DNA from: a candidate division Kazan bacterium
GTDB taxonomy: Bacteria > Patescibacteriota > Kazan-3B-28
Direction of reading: 5' to 3'
NCBI GenBank assembly: GCA_003647645.1
Contig: QMNG01000001.1
Coordinates: forward strand, 73,884 to 137,883
DNA length: 64,000 nucleotides
The notes below the pieces were generated by a model. It was not told the DNA's origin. It was given only the letters and a program-made list of their open reading frames with translations, and made no database searches. Each line of letters begins with the position of its first letter. The first letter of the stretch is position 1. Of this stretch, positions 61,401 through 64,000 are shown in pieces. The translations under genes and the position numbers were made by a program.

Positions 61401-61847
61401 CGATGAGCGAACTAGTTGTGAAACTATAACTCTCTCTACACCGTTGATGATAAAAGTACCCGATTTGGTCATAACGGGAATATCACCCAAAAAGACCTCC
61501 TGCTCTTTAATTTCCCCCGTGCCTTTGTTAACCAAGCGCAACTTAACCCGCAAACTGGCTTCGAAAGTCGAGTCCTGCTCTTTCGCTTCCCGTTCGGTGT
61601 ATTTGGGCTCCTCAAGGTAGTAGTCGACAAAATGCAGCTCCAAGTTCTTCCCGGTTAAATCTTCTATGGGGTTGATTTCATCAAAAAGCTCCCGCAAACC
61701 TTCGCGCAGGAAATGCTGATATGACTGGCGCTGAATACTATTTAGTTCGGGGAGAGGAGTTACCTTTTGAAAATCCGTATACCACTTATCTTTGTAATTG
61801 CTATTGTCCGTGATTATTGTATGACGTTCAAAATGCTTTTTGACCAT
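58407..61847 (-). CDS. rpoB: RNA polymerase beta subunit
   Basis: QLSQFMDQ, GRHGNKG, GQRFGEME. Confidence 0.99.
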   Translation of the reverse strand: MVKKHFERHTIITDNSNYKDKWYTDFQKVTPLPELNSIQRQSYQHFLREGLRELFDEINPIEDLTGKNLELHFVDYYLEEPKYTEREAKEQDSTFEASLRVKLRLVNKGTGEIKEQEVFLGDIPVMTKSGTFIINGVERVIVSQLVRSSGVLFTREEGLSHGQYGVKIIPERGVWLELETNNKGVISVKIDRKRKTYITTLLRAFGVSNDSELIEMFADVDNDPKLSFIKATIEKDPAKSTDQALLEIYKKIRPGDLANVDNARNLFVNTFQNFRRYDLGAVGRYKINRRLNLDTKNDRDHRVLTLDDLKAITKEIIRLNNVGGAEDDVDHLKNRRVRAVGELIQNKFRTGLLRVERIVKDRMSVSEIGTLTPAQLINARPISAIMQEFFGSSQLSQFMDQTNPLAELEHKRRVSAMGPGGLSRERAGFDVRDVHTSHYGRICPIQTPEGQNIGLVGHLASYAKINDYGFIESPYRRVLSSVPNDGKSAINRTLFSNIVDPKTKNIVAGAGVKIDEKLAKKFVSIQGLDKIPVKAFITNKVEYLDAHTEENLTIAVSNIPTDEIGQIAVRYVNARRAGDPGTAVVGRVDYADVSPKQIVSVTTSLIPFVEHDDPKRALMGSNMQRQAVPLVNPQVPIVGTGMERDAAIGSGWVITAPSDGTIKYVDGTKIEFLPAGKRKTITYDLVKFSRSNAETNLTQTPIVSIGDRVSKGDPLCDGPSIKNGRLALGRNVLVAYLSWSGATYEDAIVISDRLVKDDVFSSIHIKRSEIDVRDTKLGPEITTRDIPNVGEDAVADLDEDGIIRIGAKVKSNDILVGKITPKGETELTSEERLLRAIFGEKIKDVKDTSLRLPHGGYGKVIGIKIFDADKGDKLEVGVLKRIYIYVAQMRKISVGDKLSGRHGNKGVISKIVPQADMPFLEDGTPVDIILNSLGVISRMNLGQILETHLGWAAGQMKINTINPVFESVNMPGIIEELKRANLPESGKTKLFDGRTGEQFCQDTTVGVAYILKLGHMVDDKIHARSIGPYALVTQQPLGGKAQLGGQRFGEMEVWALEGYGAAHTLEEMLTIKSDDVQGRSRTYESIVKGEPIQKPQTPEAFNVITKELQGLGLNVEVITDPEILKRPIGESAKPVRDRRDKNRARK

Positions 61848-61925
61848 AAAAATACCCTCTTTTTGAAAAGCTTACTTATCAAAAAGTAAGATTAGAACCT
61901 ACTTTTTGTGCTGGAGCATGTCCCA

Positions 61926-61954
61926 ACAATAACTAAAAAAAATGCCTTTGTCAA
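61926..61954 (-). promoter_or_regulatory. Putative sigma70 promoter for rpoBC
   Basis: Minus strand TTGACA-17 bp-TATTGT. Confidence 0.6.
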
Positions 61955-62025
61955 ATGTTAAAATAAACTTCTCCCATTATAAGAGGAAAGATACTACTTA
62001 TGCAACCCCTTTTTGTACCTTTTTA

Positions 62026-62838
62026 TTATTCCACCACAAAAGTGCGCTGCTTAGCCAAAACTCCATCCACTAGCACAGACACCTCATAGCTGCCGACAGC
62101 CCACAATCTATCGTGCCATCTTTTGCCCAAAGATTCGCGAACCAAATCCCAAACAATGCTGGTATCGCCCAGAACTGCTGATTCCAGAGAGGCAATTTCC
62201 AGATTATCTTTGACATAACGAACTTTTGTAACAATTTCCATATCTGGGTTGGCACCGGCAACATCAACCTGCACATAGATGATGTTGGTGTAGCGGCTAA
62301 AAACACTCTTGTCCTGAATAATTTGATAGTCATCACTTCGCTGGTCGCTGAGCTTAATGGCTTGAATTATTCCTTGGGCAGCAATTGAGCTGGCCTCATC
62401 GTCACTAATTATTTTGAAAAAGGCAGACTTGACAGTTTTTCCATTGAGCAAAACATCTGCCCGATATTCACCCAAGGGCCAGGTAATATCTTCCTTTTCA
62501 ATTTGAGAAGCCAAAAAACTTCTGGAGTCATGCTCATCAAAATCGAATCTCCCTCCCCTACCCTCAAAGTCCTCACTGGCGATAAGGGTATCGGGCAAGT
62601 GGTACCACTTTACCCGCACTTTAGTCCCGGCTGTAGGGTCAACCACTCTGGCCGAAAGATAGATATTCTTAGTTGTAGCAGCTATTTCAGCGACGCTGTT
62701 TTCCGCAGAGTTATCAAAAGCTATCGCAGTAGTGATGGTAATATCATCCACCCTAACCCCTTCCTGCGACGAGCATGACAGTCCGCCCAAGACTAAAAAG
62801 CTTACTAAGATAGTTAAAAGTTGATATTGGATTTTCAT
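62026..62838 (-). CDS. Hypothetical lipoprotein with two beta-rich repeats
   Basis: Start MKIQYQ, GLSC lipobox-like; WPLGEYRADVLLNG and WAVGSYEVSVLVDG repeats. Confidence 0.7.
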   Translation of the reverse strand: MKIQYQLLTILVSFLVLGGLSCSSQEGVRVDDITITTAIAFDNSAENSVAEIAATTKNIYLSARVVDPTAGTKVRVKWYHLPDTLIASEDFEGRGGRFDFDEHDSRSFLASQIEKEDITWPLGEYRADVLLNGKTVKSAFFKIISDDEASSIAAQGIIQAIKLSDQRSDDYQIIQDKSVFSRYTNIIYVQVDVAGANPDMEIVTKVRYVKDNLEIASLESAVLGDTSIVWDLVRESLGKRWHDRLWAVGSYEVSVLVDGVLAKQRTFVVE

Positions 62839-62866
62839 GGGTGAGATTGTGCTTGAACTACTTAGT

Positions 62867-63610
62867 CTAACTTTGGGGAGAAGCCGGCGGCTGCTCGGGC
62901 GGAGTTTCGTCCGCACTATCCTCGGGTAAGGTATTTTGAGTCGGTGGAGGCGAAGGGGGTTCTTTCTGGTCACGCTTGGGATCTGCTTCGGGCTGCTTGT
63001 CTGGCACCGGGGAAGCCGGTGCTGGCGAAGCATTCTTAGCCGGCGGCGAAGTTGGTTGACTAAAATCAACTTTGGGGGTTGCGGCTTCCGTCATATCCTC
63101 AAGCTCAAACATATCGCGTTTCTTAAAGTTGAACATATTGGCAATAACGTTAGTCGGAACTACCTCGCGGCGAATATTGTAGTCACGGACATTGGTATTG
63201 TAGAAGCGACGGGCTGACATAATCTTGTTCTCGGTTTCAGCCAGTTCCTCCTGCAGCGCCAAGAAATTCTGATTGGCTTTAAGCTCGGGATAGTTTTCAG
63301 CTACAGCGAATAGGGATTTTAGTGCTCCGGTCAGCATATTTTCGGCCTCGGCCCGATTTTTAATATCACCCTCACTGGCCGCAATAGCCTGAGCTCGGGC
63401 TTGGGTAACTTTTTCGAATAGCTCCCGTTCATGGGTGGCATAACCCTTCACAATATTTACTAAGTTGGGAATTAGATCGTGTCGACGTTTAAGTTGAACA
63501 CCGATATCGCTATCAGCTTCATTGACTCGATTTTTCAGTACAACCAAACCATTAAAAGCGATAATTGCCCACAAGGCGACTAAGATAATCAATAACAAAA
63601 CCCAAATCAT
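62867..63610 (-). CDS. lemA: LemA family protein with Pro-rich tail
   Basis: QLKRRHDLIPNLV, AENYPELKA, RRFYN. Confidence 0.93.
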   Translation of the reverse strand: MIWVLLLIILVALWAIIAFNGLVVLKNRVNEADSDIGVQLKRRHDLIPNLVNIVKGYATHERELFEKVTQARAQAIAASEGDIKNRAEAENMLTGALKSLFAVAENYPELKANQNFLALQEELAETENKIMSARRFYNTNVRDYNIRREVVPTNVIANMFNFKKRDMFELEDMTEAATPKVDFSQPTSPPAKNASPAPASPVPDKQPEADPKRDQKEPPSPPPTQNTLPEDSADETPPEQPPASPQS

Positions 63611-63658
63611 AATTTTCTCCTTAAAAGTTAACTTTTACATAGCTCAGTATACATTCTT

Positions 63659-64000
63659 TTAGACATCTTGGGTAGTCAGGAGCCAGTTAGAGTAGATAAT
63701 TTTTTGTAACTCAGCAAATGTGAGATGCCGGGTCCAACTGAGATTCCACCAGCCGTTCTTGCGCCAAGCAGAATCCTTAGCTGAGTGATTAATTATCTTA
63801 AAATCGTTACCTAAAAAGTAGCGAAAGTTAAGATAGGCTCGCCTTTGGTGATATGGAGAAGTCACTAAAATAATGGAATTTATTTTATTTGACTCCATTA
63901 TATCGGCAACATAATTGGCATTTTCCCAAGTTGTTTGGGCATTTTCCTCGATAATAATGCTGGATGCCGGAATCCCCAAACTGATCGCTATTTGCTTCAT
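63659..64000 (-). CDS. YdcF/DUF218 family protein (truncated by window edge)
   Basis: E..A.TT.ENA and LVTSPYHQRRA motifs. Confidence 0.85.
   Translation of the reverse strand: MKQIAISLGIPASSIIIEENAQTTWENANYVADIMESNKINSIILVTSPYHQRRAYLNFRYFLGNDFKIINHSAKDSAWRKNGWWNLSWTRHLTFAELQKIIYSNWLLTTQDV

Noticed and set aside
31600-61620. Numerous + strand and alternate-frame ORFs over ribosomal, fusA, tuf and rpoBC genes (also 11949-12596 over pheT)
   Set aside because: Antisense or shadow frames of well-conserved genes, with no recognisable motifs.
62026-63069. 347-aa ORF as given in the track
   Set aside because: The N-terminal part overlaps the Pro-rich tail of lemA in another frame; the signal peptide begins at ATG 62838.

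Overview
Chromosomal segment of a bacterium that is most likely Patescibacteria/CPR. This is inferred from the absence of rpmD/uL30 in the spc operon, the rpoBC-str-S10-spc-alpha-rplM-rpsI superoperon, a Trm11-like methyltransferase, a solo PaaX/Cas2-like gene, and low-complexity extensions on ribosomal proteins. The standard genetic code fits. 1-19 kb holds housekeeping genes (tRNA-Leu, glyA, rpmA, pyrG, alr, gyrB, pheST, dnaQ-dinG, cdaR, cdaA-like). About 19-31 kb is an accessory region that ends at tRNA-Trp. 31-62 kb is the translation/RNA polymerase cluster on the minus strand, followed by lemA and a YdcF-like gene. Main signals: (1) the accessory region is divided into 1-4 gene blocks by at least five copies of an ungapped motif beginning TGGCA, which matches the 3' end of the adjacent tRNA-Trp, suggesting an integrase-less, tRNA-anchored cassette array; (2) a solo wHTH+Cas2-like (PaaX-type) gene is bracketed by two direct copies of a palindromic repeat; (3) a promoter-driven, highly structured ~300-nt non-coding region lies upstream of a membrane gene and pheST; (4) the CdaA homologue has lost both catalytic motifs; (5) two related 33-nt repeat-derived in-frame insertions sit inside pheT. 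All product calls come from motif recognition by eye; no searches were run.
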